Shown in pieces: positions 20,704-33,016 of a stretch of DNA of 64,000 nt. The stretch is from Tubiluchus corallicola (Eukaryota; Animalia; Priapulida): contig JAQGDQ010000346.1 in NCBI GenBank assembly GCA_030141605.1, positions 188,157-252,156 of the forward strand, written 5' to 3'. Every line of letters starts with the position of its first letter. Positions within the stretch are counted from its first letter, which is position 1. The translations under genes and the position numbers were made by a program. The notes beneath the pieces were generated by a model that was not told the origin of the DNA, did not search any database, and saw nothing but the letters and a program-made list of their open reading frames with translations.

Positions 20704-23700
20704 TATTCCTAACAATTGTAGTTGTATTTCAGTACCACCATCACTTTTGTGACTATGCAATTTTCCCATTCACAATTGCATAATTCACAAAAATGACGGC
20801 AGTATCGATCGACAAAGAGCGTGACGGTTTTACATCTCGGGAAAATAAGAAAATCCTTTATAAATCTGCAAATAAACAAAAAGGGTAAAGTTACTAACAA
20901 GGAAGACAGAAAACAACATTCATATAAACAATAGGCCTACAACTTAGTGACACAAAAATAGCATTAATAATTAACGCACTGCTAATTTAACTAAATTGAT
21001 GAAATTGAAACTTGTTTGATGTCATTTTCATTACGTTCGAGGCCCAGCTAGTACAATGCACATTTTTAAACCTATGTGTATCCAGAGGTAGGTGTCATCA
21101 GATAAATTATCGCTAGTATGTTAGCTCGCAAAATCCAAAATCACATTTGAAGCGTGCATTGTAATGCAGGCACCTAATACAAATGATTAAATTTGCTAAC
21201 TAGTGCTGTAATTTGCAATCGATCGTTAAATTTTACGATCTTTTATCTGCTTTTTCTTTGTATTAAAATCCCTAAATAAAGTACTTCTCGCGCATTTTTC
21301 TGTTACACAAAACAGCCAAAAATATTCAAGCACTGACTGCAAAAGTAGACTATAAAGAACTACAAAAATAGCCGTGAGTATTGAGTAATATGTGATAACA
21401 CAGCTTTGTAGTTAGTTAAAATCTAAAATGCTTTAGCATCAATTGTTTAAAGAAACAGCATCAATTTCTGCATAATTAATATTTTCATACATTTTTCCTT
21501 GTTTGTTATTAGAAATTTATTGTTTTTATTGCTATTGATTTACAAGATAACGTTTCCTTTTAGCAAAAACAGTGTGTGATACACATGCGCAAACAACCGC
21601 AGACAGTAGACACATTCCTGAGGTGAATATTAGCACAATTTTCTATGATGCGTTCGAAATTATTTCACCTCGTTAAAACTCGAAATTTTGAAAATGCTTT
21701 ATTTGCACAAGATGTATTTAGCCATTGCTGTGTGTAATGAGGTAAAAAGCTGTTCTGCCAGACACTACCAACTAATAAAACGGCAGTGGGATAAGCAGTG
21801 GGAAACTAAAAAGAAAACGTGTTAGTAACGCAAAACAATAAAAAATACATGATGCCATTCAGGTTTTGTAAACGCACTCACGCACGCACGCACACTCAGA
21901 AACAGAATCGATTATTAGGAATCAAATAATAAGACCAATAAAACCATCGAGATTTTAGGTTCACTACTTGTTAGTCAAAAGGAAAGCTTGTATTTATAAA
22001 TTTTTTGCAGCAATTTAATTGATATGTAACCGCTGTAACCACATGTTTTCATTTTCTTAAAAAACAGAATGTTTATGCTATGTGGTTAAAAAATGAATGA
22101 TATACAGCCACATGCAAAGTAATTGCAAGACAATCTAATTTCATATTTTGACCTAATTTAGTTTTTACGTTTTATATTTAATCATAATCTATTTGCTTTA
22201 ATTTTTTCAATTCACGTCACTTAACGCCTTTATGAAGGCAAGATGCTCAAATTTTGATTTGAAACTCAAAATTATGTTCAAATAGCTAATCAATTTATAA
22301 CTAGCCAGGGCTGGCCAAAACCTTTGCAGTATACGTTGTCCACCATATTCACTGTCCCTTTCATAATAGGAGAGTAATTAGGCGCAATAACAACACTAGC
22401 TTCATAATAACACTGGGTGACGGAATTAATAAAATTCGTGGGTGGTTTCGTAAAATTAATAGATTGTTCATTCAGTCTACTTTACGTGACCTCAATTTTT
22501 TCAAGGGTCGAAAAAGCCTTTCACTGGGATTTTTAAATGCAGTGGTAATTAGTAACAATCGAAAATACAGAAGGAGAATATAGATTATATTTGCACAAAT
22601 AACAATCTAAAATAACTTAAATATGCTGGTTTAGGTCTAAAGAAAGAACTACATTAAATTTATGTAAAGGTAAAAATAGCAGCTTCACACGCGCAATAAG
22701 TTGCAAATTTATTATTTTTGGACACACTGTACATTAAACCGTATCTACAATTTGATTTCACATTTCAATACAAATGCTTTTTTTGTTCTATCCTCTCACG
22801 CGACAAGACGTTTTGATAATAAAACGTTTTAAAATAACCTGAATGTAAAATACGACGTGTCAATACTATTCGTACAAACCAACTCCCGGATGACAGCATG
22901 ACAACGTAGAAGATACGCTGCCATAATTATCATCATCAAATACAGAAATTTGCTGACTATGTTACATATATTTTTGTGCAACATGAATAGCGCTTCTATT
23001 ATGGTCGCGCAGGCATCAAACAATCTACCTGTCAATTTACTAAGATATCAGGTGTAACTTTGTCGGCAAACATCACAAGGCAGTTCATTACTGTTCAATT
23101 AATGCTGATGTAGTATTAAAGCCAGACACTAACAATGGATTTCACTCTTAACAACATCTATTCATAAGGCTTAAAATCCGCACATGTTCCTTCATGTCTT
23201 TGTCTCAGTATGTCTCCAGACACTTTGTCTTCACTGGATTTTTAAAGCAAAATCTCTTACTATAACCCTTTTTGTTCATCGCAACTTCTTTGACAAGTTT
23301 TAATAGAATGTATGCAGACGAAACATCAAAACATTATCACAAATACAAAATTTACAACATCCTTTCTACGTTTATATGAATTTTGCCACAGTTTACGTGC
23401 TCGCCAAGCGAATGAAATACAGAAATATACATGTAATTAGTCCTATAATGTTTCCAAAGACCAGATTTTCGTCATCAGCTACAAAACAAATGATTTCGAT
23501 GATTCCAAATAGAAACGAAATTTTTAACTTGATAATTATGCAAAACATTGCTACTTATTTCTTTAAGTAGCTATTACTATATGTACGTTTGACACAATTT
23601 ATTTCACACGAATATAGACAACGGAGAGTCTACAAATTCTCAATAGCAAGAAGATATATCAGTTGGCACAAAGATCCCACGATAAACACAATTTTTATAA

Positions 23701-23726
23701 TGCTACCTAAGGACATCACTAAAAGG

Positions 23727-23952
23727 TAGAGGTGCAACCAATATTTATTTATTATCCAAACGCTTTCGGCGAGTGACGCCATCGTCTGGGAACAGATATG
23801 AACAATAACCGATATGAAAAATAAAATGAAAATATGATAAATGTCACATTTTTTATTTTATTCTTCATAAATTACAGTTGGTAATTTTTGATCCCTGATG
23901 ATGGCGTCACTCACCAAGCCCTGTTGGATAACAAATGTTTGCTGCACCTCTA
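23727..23952. mobile_element. Penelope-like inverted terminal-repeat relic with degenerate minimal hammerhead ribozyme cores
   Basis: Arms 23727-23791 and 23892-23952 are inverted copies; consensus CTGANGA-tggcg-tcact-cgcc-GAAA. Confidence 0.6.
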
Positions 23953-24072
23953 ACTATTGGCAATATCTTCTACTACCATTATTGTATTAAATGGGTTCTA
24001 CGTCTCCAATTTTCTACACATTTTTATTAAAAAACAATTTGTTTTTAATTTGTAACACTTCATCTTGCTAGT

Positions 24073-24286
24073 GGCATTTGTAAAAGAGACACACATCTCA
24101 GTTTCTGGTTTCACACCGCCCGGTTTCTCCTCTTTTCAAGGAGCTGTAAATCTCCAAGACCTCTGTGCCAGGCGCTGCTGACCACGCCTTAGCGCGCTGG
24201 GTGGGGATATTAGAGGGAAATTTACAGCTCCTTGGAAAAAGGAGCAAGCGGGCTGCACGGCAATGTGGGTGACGCTTACAAATGCC
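24073..24286. other. Long imperfect fold-back, GC-enriched
   Basis: ggcatttgtaa/ttacaaatgcc outer stem; gcccggtttctcctcttttcaaggagctgtaaat / atttacagctccttggaaaaaggagcaagcgggc central stem. Confidence 0.7.
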
Positions 24287-24685
24287 TCTATCAATGGTAA
24301 GGATTCCAAGTGAATTTACGAGAACGTCTTTATGAACGACCCTGTACATTTCTGCTTCGAATTACCACGACCACATTTATTTCGCAAAACAATTAAACGA
24401 ACAGTATTTTAGGTAAACTTGCGTTTAAATTTGGTAAATCGAGCACACTTTCTAAAGCTCTTTGTGGACAAGCGAGAAAAAGTTGCTAGTAAACTTTACA
24501 CGCAGCCTGTAAAGGCTTAAAAAGTCATGACCTGCCATTACTTGTATTCATGTTACTGACTTAAATCATATTACAAAAGCCTGGTCAAATTAATACCATC
24601 ACGACATCACGGAAAGTACATAGATGAAGCCTAACCTATTAATACCATGCAAAAGATTTAAGCCATCTTAATAAAAACAACAGGC

Positions 24686-24778
24686 GAGTAGGTGGCTGAG
24701 TAATCTGTAATGTGCTCTTGGTGACCGAAGTTACGCAACATCAACGTTAATCACCGCATGGATAGGCGATCCTGGGCT
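24686..24778 (+). mobile_element. tRNA/5S-derived SINE head
   Basis: tRNA-like ggtggctgagtaatct followed by 5S-like gaccgaagttacgcaac...tggataggcgatcctggg. Confidence 0.6.
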
Positions 24779-26311
24779 CAATATTTGGTCTCTTCTGATT
24801 TAGTGTCACATGTTACAGCATAACTAAGCGATTCCGGCTCGGATCCAATCATCTACATGAACTAGGTCATGTCAGTAAGTTCTTTTTAGATAGCCTTGAC
24901 CAGAGTTTTTGTCATGGACCAAAAACGCAAAAAAGTTTAGATGTCGCATTTTGAACGTACATTGAGAAAATTTAAGATGCAATTTATGATTTACAATATT
25001 AATTTCATTACAGTACACCAGTAGCACATAGTAAAAAATAAGTAATAAAATACGAATAAAATGAAAATAGCAGCAAAGCAACACCTACTTAAACAAACAC
25101 GCGATTTTATTTTAACATGCCACAAACGTCTGCAACGTTTCCGACCAGTTATGGTTCAGACCATGTTCGTAGAACAATCAACCTAAATAAAATACAGTGT
25201 TGAAAATTACAAATACTAAATTGTAAACTTACAGACCGTGTGATACAAAGCCATATGACAGAAAAAATAAGTTATGTTACTCCAACATAATTCATTCTCT
25301 GACTAACGCCAAGTGGGTGGTGCTAAGAGAAATCTTTGCTCCAAACATGAACAACACAAAATGATCAGGTACAATGATCAGTTCAAAATAATTCCAGGGG
25401 CAGAGAAGAAAGTGGATCACTAAGCTCTGACTGAAATTTTAATATCAAACGAGTTTCAAAAATGTGCAAATGAAAATCACTGCTAGCAGAATCTAAAATT
25501 TTACAAATCAAAAGTCAGTTTCTCTAATACAAAATATACAAAAGTTCTGAAAAAGAATGTACAAACGCGCAGGTGAATGTTTAAAGTTCAACTTTCCACT
25601 CGTTAGCGCGTGGAATTTTATTTTGCATAAACTTTAACAAAGGTAACATAGTAAAAAATGAGAATTTGTCAATCCGCTGTGCTTTTGTTAGTCATGCCCG
25701 TTAGTCAATTCGTTGTTCATAGGCCACTGAAGACTCCCATCTTGAATTCACCCTAATGTAAATAACCACACAGGAAAAACTTATTAGCAGTTAACTTTCA
25801 ACTGTATGCAATGGGTGTAATTGTACGCCAAAGCACACTCTGACTGTCGAAGCCTATCTTATAGTTATAATCTTACTTATCCTTATTACATTTCGATAAG
25901 TTATAGCGGCAGGCCTACATTGAGGCCACTCATACCTACGAGACCTAGCAAATTATTTTAGTTAAATAAACAAACACTCAACGGATACGTTTTTGATTTT
26001 TCTTAAACATGTGAAACTCGTTTGCGTGGCAGGCGACATTGGATCGTTATAGGGTTAAGCCATTAGCAAATTTATTAGTCTCTAAACTATAAACGTAGAT
26101 CGTCTTTACAATAATAGAAATAACAATAATTTATTATTCATAAGGACTTCAAATCAGTAGCGACTGATTGGAAAAGGTTTAAATACGGTGTTTATTTAAC
26201 GATTGGGCGTGTCCGCAATGACAAGATATCCCTTTTCGGATTCTAAAATGATCTCAAATTGGTACAAAATGTTAGTTGTTGACTACCTGCAGCGTTGTAA
26301 GGAGAACACGC

Positions 26312-26765
26312 CTGTTTTTCCTTCTTTCCTTTTTTACTTTTTCTTTCTTCTTTCATTCCTTCAATCCTTCCTTCCTTCATTCTTTCCTTATTTTCTTTCT
26401 TCTTTCTTTCTTTCTTTCCTTCTTCCTTTCCTTTATTTCTTTTCTTTCTTCTTTTTTCATCTTTTTACCACCACTTCCTTCCTCCCTTCCTTCCATCCTT
26501 CTTTCTATTCCTTCCTTCCATTCTACTATCTTTTTTCGCTTTCCTGTTCAATTTTCCCTTCTTTTTGGTTCTTTCTTCCATTTTGTTTTGTTTTGTTTTA
26601 GCTCGTTATTTTCCTTTTCTTTCGCTTTGTCTTCGGTATTTTTTCCTTCTATTTTCCATTTTAAATTCTTTACCTTCATTTTTTTTCATTTCATCCTTCT
26701 TTTTTCTTTCTTTCTTGTTTTTCTTTACTCTCTTCTCCATCAACCATCATTTTCGCTGACCTTTT
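26312..26765. repeat. Pyrimidine-rich low-complexity tract (TTTC/TTCC)
   Basis: Directly visible; explains the F/S/L-rich ORFs. Confidence 0.9.
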
Positions 26766-27088
26766 CCGGAAGCTCAAAGTTAAAATGCATAGGCTTATTA
26801 TCATAACTATCCCAGTCTCGTGTTATGAGCCTGATGAGCTTCAGACACCTTTCCTGAGCTCTTTCAAACAGGAAAGCTAATCTAGTCCTATCAATAATAC
26901 TTTACTCCTAACCTTTACATACAAATGTCATTGCTTGGGCGGATTATATCACACGTTTGATAACTAAACGCCTGTTTGCGACTACCACGTGCGTTTTGTA
27001 CACTGTCTTGCGTGTCTCCAACACAATCGCTGCAAATATAATCTTATATTCAACATGAAAAGAAGCTCAACAAAAAAGAGCAGAAGCT

Positions 27089-27120
27089 GTTGTCTAGGCA
27101 ACCGAAGGTGTAGTGACTCA
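27089..27120. promoter_or_regulatory. RFX X-box-like palindrome plus AP-1 site
   Basis: GTTGTCTAGGCAAC followed by TGACTCA; motif match only. Confidence 0.3.
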
Positions 27121-27967
27121 TGATCATCGCTAGTTATCTTTATTTCCTGTCTCACTCATCTTTCGCTCTTACTGGGAGAGACGCGATGACACATAATTAT
27201 AGCCTGTAGGACTACCTTCTTGCAGTGGATTATTACAGGGTTTTCGTTCAAAGCAGGATCTGTACAAATGCAACAGGCTCTGAACTCAGATGAAGTCAAT
27301 GTATCGTCAGGTGTTAGAGAAACTACGTTCAACATTTTAAAACCTAGGCTGCCAAAACGTCGCATCGTATTTGACAAAGAGACAAACGTCTACCGTAAAT
27401 CAAAACTTTTCATTCTTACACGCAATTATTGTAAAACCAGTAGCATTGTGGCCAACTAGAAAACATTAGCATTTTATCCGTGACAAATGGAAGCAGTTAA
27501 GCACGTTACTGTTGGAACCCAGTAGATCGCATCTAAATTAAAACTGCGTTCGTATTTACACTAAACATTAATAATTTGAAATGCCTCAAAAATAAGGCGC
27601 ACCGTAATTTTTGTTTATGTAAGGTATACAGCATCAATTAACATCAACAATGATTTTCACTTCTCCATGGTTTTCGCCTCCATATTTCTTTCACAGAAAT
27701 GGCTTCAAAGTGAGTAGCATCACCAGGTTTGGTAACCATGGGCTTATTATGACTTTCATTTCATCTTTGTTATTTTGTCTTTATTATGAGCTTGACCCCG
27801 TATTTCAAATTTTACCTTTATCGTTACCTGTACCCACGCATTTCAGTTTTTACCTTTATTTTCACTTTGACCCGTGTATTTCGATTTTACCTTTATTGTG
27901 ACCTTCACCCCTGCACTTCACATTTTACCTCAGTTTAAAAATCAATTAGGAAATACTTTACGGCATA

Positions 27968-28074
27968 TAACCAATAACAATGACAACAACAGCAACGACA
28001 ACAGTAGCAGCGACAGTGACAGTGACAGTGACAATGGCAACGACAATAACAACAATAACAAAAACAACAACAAT
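27968..28074. repeat. (AAC/GAC)n-type degenerate trinucleotide repeat
   Basis: Directly visible. Confidence 0.85.
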
Positions 28075-28254
28075 ATATTGTTAAAAGTAAGCTATATGGA
28101 AGGTCCAAAACTAAAATGTATGAATGACATATATGTACCGGATGCAGTTAACTGCTTTGGTAGTTTGAGGCTGTTGTTAAATAGCACGTAACTAATCACC
28201 TGCATTAATTATTAACGGTTTACTTTAAGCATTTTTTGGAGTACTGATAAAAGA

Positions 28255-28430
28255 TTGATGATGATGATGACGATGATCATGATTACGATGACGATGACGA
28301 TAACGATGATGATGACGATTACGATTACGATTACAATGATGATGGTGATGACGATGATGATGATAATGATGATGATGATGATGATGACGATGACGACGAC
28401 GACGACGATAATGATGATAACTTTGATGAC
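28255..28430. repeat. (GAT/GAC)n microsatellite
   Basis: Directly visible. Confidence 0.95.
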
Positions 28431-30044
28431 ACTAATTTTGAACTAGCGGTCCTTTTGCAATTATGATCAGTACCACCATTATTATCAAAGATCTTGCCAT
28501 AATAATTGTGATAGTAAGTATAAAAAGGCATATATGTTACATAAGCGTACGTGCTGTTACTCATGTAAATTTTGCTCCTATCAAAAAGATAGGCTTCAGT
28601 CATCTATGTACAGATCTGCACTAAGTATCTAAATCAAAAAACGGTTCATAGGAAGCGCATTTTGCAGAGCCGATAAAGGTATCAAAACCGAAACTTATCA
28701 CTCTTGTTTGCCATATAAGAGCTCAAAGAAAAGAAGTGACTGAAATCAGCTTAGACCCTGGACGGCGTGGGCGGCGTGAGCTCATTTGACCTGGAGAACA
28801 CAGTAACAAAAAAGGTAACCGTTTATATTTTTGTATTTTTTTCGTATTCTTGAAGTATTATTGCCTCATAGATCTCGAACGCCAAGTATAATTTTGTAAA
28901 ACGAATTTTCATGAACCTTGTACACGCATTTGATTATTGTGTGCTTTTTGGTGTATAATGTGCATGCTTATTTTGCCGATTAAATTGTTTATTGCATTGA
29001 AAACTGAAAATTGAAAAAACCAAAACTAGTTTTCCCAATTGTGGTCAGAACGCACTGGCAGAATGTACTGGTTAAATGCCTGTAGTTCTGTGGTTAACTG
29101 TCAATTTATCGAATTAGTAAAGGTTATTTCAAATAAGCTAAGCGAGTGGTCATTGGTCAGTGTTGACCAAGATAACTTCGCATTCTGCACTTGACATAAG
29201 TGTACTCCTATCCCTCACGAGAACTACAACATTTATTAAAACTGACAGGTCACAAGAATTAACCTAAAATTGTGGCCGTAGGCACAGTTCAAAGTAGTAA
29301 TAGTAAATTTATTGACTAGTGACGGTCCATTCAAACTAGTTACAAATAATTTCAAAAATTGCAAGGCAGGTTAGTTATAATAAAAATATGATCATTTGAA
29401 AATAATCAAGCCATACATTTGCAAAATACAACACTATTTTTCGCTACAAGAGTGCCAGTAAATCACTACTGTCGTGATTTTGTTTTTCTTCTTGCTGTTT
29501 AGATAACTGCCTAAACACTGCCAAAAGTCACAACATTCTTGATATACCCAGGTAGTTTATAAATGTATTCGTTGATTTTGTCGAAGCTTTTTTCAGCTAC
29601 ATACTTAAATTGTAATAGTGAGTTATAAAAGGCTGTGTAACTGAAAGTGATGTTAATCAGTAAAGACAGATACGTTCATCCAGAAATACAATTTCTCCCA
29701 GAAAATTTCTTACCACAATATTTGTAAATCCTACATGTAAATGATTGGACCAAAACTCTAAGTCGTTCTATATGAGCAAATGATTTTCTTTAAATCTGTT
29801 ATAAAGCGAGTTTTTAGTCTATCAATCGTAAACATTAGACATTTTAACTTTAGCTTTGTGTTAATATGGTTAACTGACTGAACTCACTGAATCCATTTAT
29901 TGTATATGATTCTTGCATTATAATAGCAACAAATTGTTTGAGTGCTTACTCGTTTACTCACACTCCCTTTCACACACTCAACATGAAAGTTGATAAAATA
30001 GAAAACGTCATTGGTGAAACTGATTTTCTCATTTATATTATTAT

Positions 30045-30111
30045 TGATGTTGTTGTTGTCATTATCATCATCATCATCATCATCATCTTCATCATCATCA
30101 TCATCATCATT

Positions 30112-30149
<38 letters not shown>

Positions 30150-30150
30150 T
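30045..30150. repeat. (ATC)n microsatellite
   Basis: Directly visible. Confidence 0.95.
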
Positions 30151-30674
30151 ATAGGCAAAACAGCTTCGTTAATTGGCATAAATAGACATACAAACATTTT
30201 AATAAAATGAAATAAGTTGGCTAACTTCAAGCGCAAAAGCGCTGTATATTCAAGACATCTATGCGCTTGTTTTTCGAAGATCTATTTCACCTCTAGAACT
30301 ACTATGGTGAGTATGTTAGAGCTAATTCTTCAGAGTAACTATAACTTTTCTATTACAGATATTGACATTTTGCATCGTCATGTTACAATTAAGAAATGGT
30401 TTTTGGCATACGTGTCGCCACATAACTCATTAACTTACACTTCTGGTCAACAACTAATAACGGTGTATCAGCATAACAACAAAGTATATTATTGCATTAC
30501 AAATAAACATGACGTATCTTGTAATAAACAGAAATTTCATATCTAGGAATTTTATAAGCATTTAGATGTCATAGAGTCCGACCCAACAACAGTTTTTGGC
30601 AATTATTCGCCCATGACATAGCTATGAAGTCTTGCTTTGATGTAGTGTTTTGAATTCTTCTGTTAACTTTCCAT

Positions 30675-30765
30675 TTACTTTTCTTTACTCTTTTTTCTCT
30701 TCTCTTCTCTTCTCTTTTCTTTTCTTTTCTATTCTTTTCTTTTCGTTTCTTTCCCTTTCTGTTTT
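30675..30765. repeat. (TTTTC/TTCTC)n tract
   Basis: Directly visible. Confidence 0.8.
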
Positions 30766-30961
30766 GTATTTGTTTTATTATACATATATCAAGGATTATC
30801 TCAAGTACTGAACTTAAAATTTGAAACTAGTTTTAACAAAATGGTTTTTCACAAAGTAAGTATAATTCCCAATGATCAAGTATTCGTTAAATCAGAATTA
30901 ATTACACTTTTCTTTGTTCTAGCGTAATAAGAATGTTGTAAGGTGAGGAGATATCTGAAAG

Positions 30962-32040
30962 ATGATTCGGACTGGATTCTAGACAACATAGGTCGGATTG
31001 CAATCAAGAAATGGCTCTTGGTACATCACGCTTAATTACACAATTTTTCATTAGGTTTCGCATTGTTCGCATTCAGTCGACTCGTTCAACAAAGTTGAAA
31101 CACCTTTATACGAAGAATAAAAAGACCTCTTTATTTTAAGTTCAGTTCCAATAAAAAAGGGTTTTCTATTGGCTAATATCAGGGCCGGCTCTAGGCAGTT
31201 GGACACGCCCTAGGCAAATATTATTTTAGCGCCCCCTCCTCAGCGTCCAACCTCTTCCCGCGTTCTCATGCACCCACGCACAAAATTGAATTCTTGTAGT
31301 ATATAATAAAGTATAATGGTACTTATGTGTTAAACTTATGCATGAAAGTGCAGTAATTAACTGTGGTTAATGACCTATATAGTTATACCTATACAGCTTG
31401 TGTTGATATCATTTGAAATGGAATTTTTGACCTCAATTGTACGTCCTCTTCATGTACACTTGCTCTTACCTAGAATTTCTCTCGGCCTATTCATCCGCAA
31501 ATTTTTTGAAACGTTGACTCCTTTTTTCATATACATCCATTTCACTAGTTTCATCAAGGTCGTTAGCGAATCTTTTTGCTGTTTAATGTCCACCAACTTT
31601 TTTACCATTCGTTTCCTATATTACGGTCCTGAAGGCTTCGATTTCTTATCTCAAAACGAAAATAACACAAGTACGAGTTCGTTTCATTTAATTAAAATGT
31701 TGTGTGCTTAAGCAATTACACATTATGTTATTACTTATGCTAAACTTAAAAATGAAGGCAATTCTTTCATAATGTGGCGCCCTAGGCAACTGCCTAGTTT
31801 GCTTAGTGGTAAAGCTGGCCCTGGTTAATATCATTTTTAGTTTTGTTTAAAAGTTTCTTCGAATGTGGTCCATGATAATGAATGCATTTTAAAGTTCTGA
31901 GAATGCCAAGCTTAAAGGTAATGCCAAGCTTAAAGGTAATTCCGACTGGACTGTGGACGGCATAGGTCAGATTTCACAAATGACGTTGATGCATGCACGC
32001 TCAACTGCACAATTTGCCACAAGGTGTTGCATCACTCGTA
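30962..32040. repeat. Diverged ~105-bp direct repeat pair (30964-31070 and 31938-32038)
   Basis: attc.gactgga.t.t.gac..cataggtc.gatt.ca...cacgct.aa.t.cacaattt..ca..aggt.t.gcat is shared. Confidence 0.6.
31180..31823. mobile_element. hAT-type MITE
   Basis: TIRs cagggccggct / agctggccctg; 8-bp TSD gctaatat / gttaatat; subterminal gccctaggcaa repeats. Confidence 0.88.
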
Positions 32041-32929
32041 AACATACACCACACAAACAAAATTTGAAACCTACAAGCAACACGAATCCATTCCCATTAT
32101 ATTAATTCATTCTATAAAAGGCATTTCTCGCGCATAACTCGAGCTTATACGTGCGCCTCAGGAGGTGCTAACAATACACAACAAAAATTTCATTACGAAA
32201 ATGTGATACTAAGTGATTGGTTCCGGTACGTAACACCTCTCTGACCTCACAACGGTTAGGTACTGAGTACATTTTGTAAATTACGCATAAATTAGTGTTA
32301 TTGAGACCAGTGTGAAATCGAGAATTTTTGAAAGACTCGCAAACGCGTTTCTGATCCATTCACATACAGTGAGGTTTTTATTTGCTGAAAACGTCTTTTA
32401 TTTGCCGGTAAACAAAAAGAAATCAATATTAAAAACCGGAAAGTTATAATAGAAGCTAAGACTAAAATGTGAACAATGAAAAACAATAAATATGTAAATG
32501 CATTGTTTTCTCTATACTATACGTTCTATTATTTATTAGAATGTCTCGAGAGCGATAGTGCGAACCCACAATTAATTGAACTTTGATTTTAGAAACCACA
32601 TTTTGAAAAACAAGTAATGTAAAAACACAGCTTAGGTTTGAACCAAGAACCTTCTCTTTGCATTCAATTAACTGTTGCTGCGTACAATCATTAAAATAAT
32701 CTTAATATTAAGCTTACACGTAATTAATTATTTACCCACGGAAAATTTGGATTCAAAATCTAACGAAATTAAATTTAATCTAATTAGTTAATTCTAAATG
32801 CTGAAACTGACTGACGAGCTATAAGGGATGAACCACCAAGGTCGCTGGAGAACATGGTTGTCTAGCGTTATTTGTTTAGTTTGGCTTCAAATTCAATTAC
32901 TTGTATCATCATTACTAAACATAAATAAG

Positions 32930-33016
32930 TCCCAAGTGCCAGGCACTGTCCTGCGGCATTAAATATTTAGTAGTTGTCTCATCACTATTCTATAGTACGC
33001 GATTGAGTAGACACCT
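32930..33016 (+). repeat. Interspersed repeat fragment, related copy at 55445-55525
   Basis: agtgccaggcactgtcc..ggcat..agttgtc.catca..attctat..cgatt.agtagaca.ctg is shared. Confidence 0.7.

Noticed and set aside
20709-20900. Cys-rich ORF with ShK-like CxxxCxxC (YCRHFCELC)
   Set aside because: Only half a domain, no partner exon or signal peptide found.
23030-23090. Minus-strand LPCDVCRQSY resembling an Erv1/ALR CxxC motif
   Set aside because: Flanked by stops with no other family motifs.
28756-28815. Possible 60-nt plus-strand exon TLDGVGGVSSFDLENTVTKK, faintly HMA-like
   Set aside because: Weak acceptor, no CxxC-containing neighbouring exon; too short to support.
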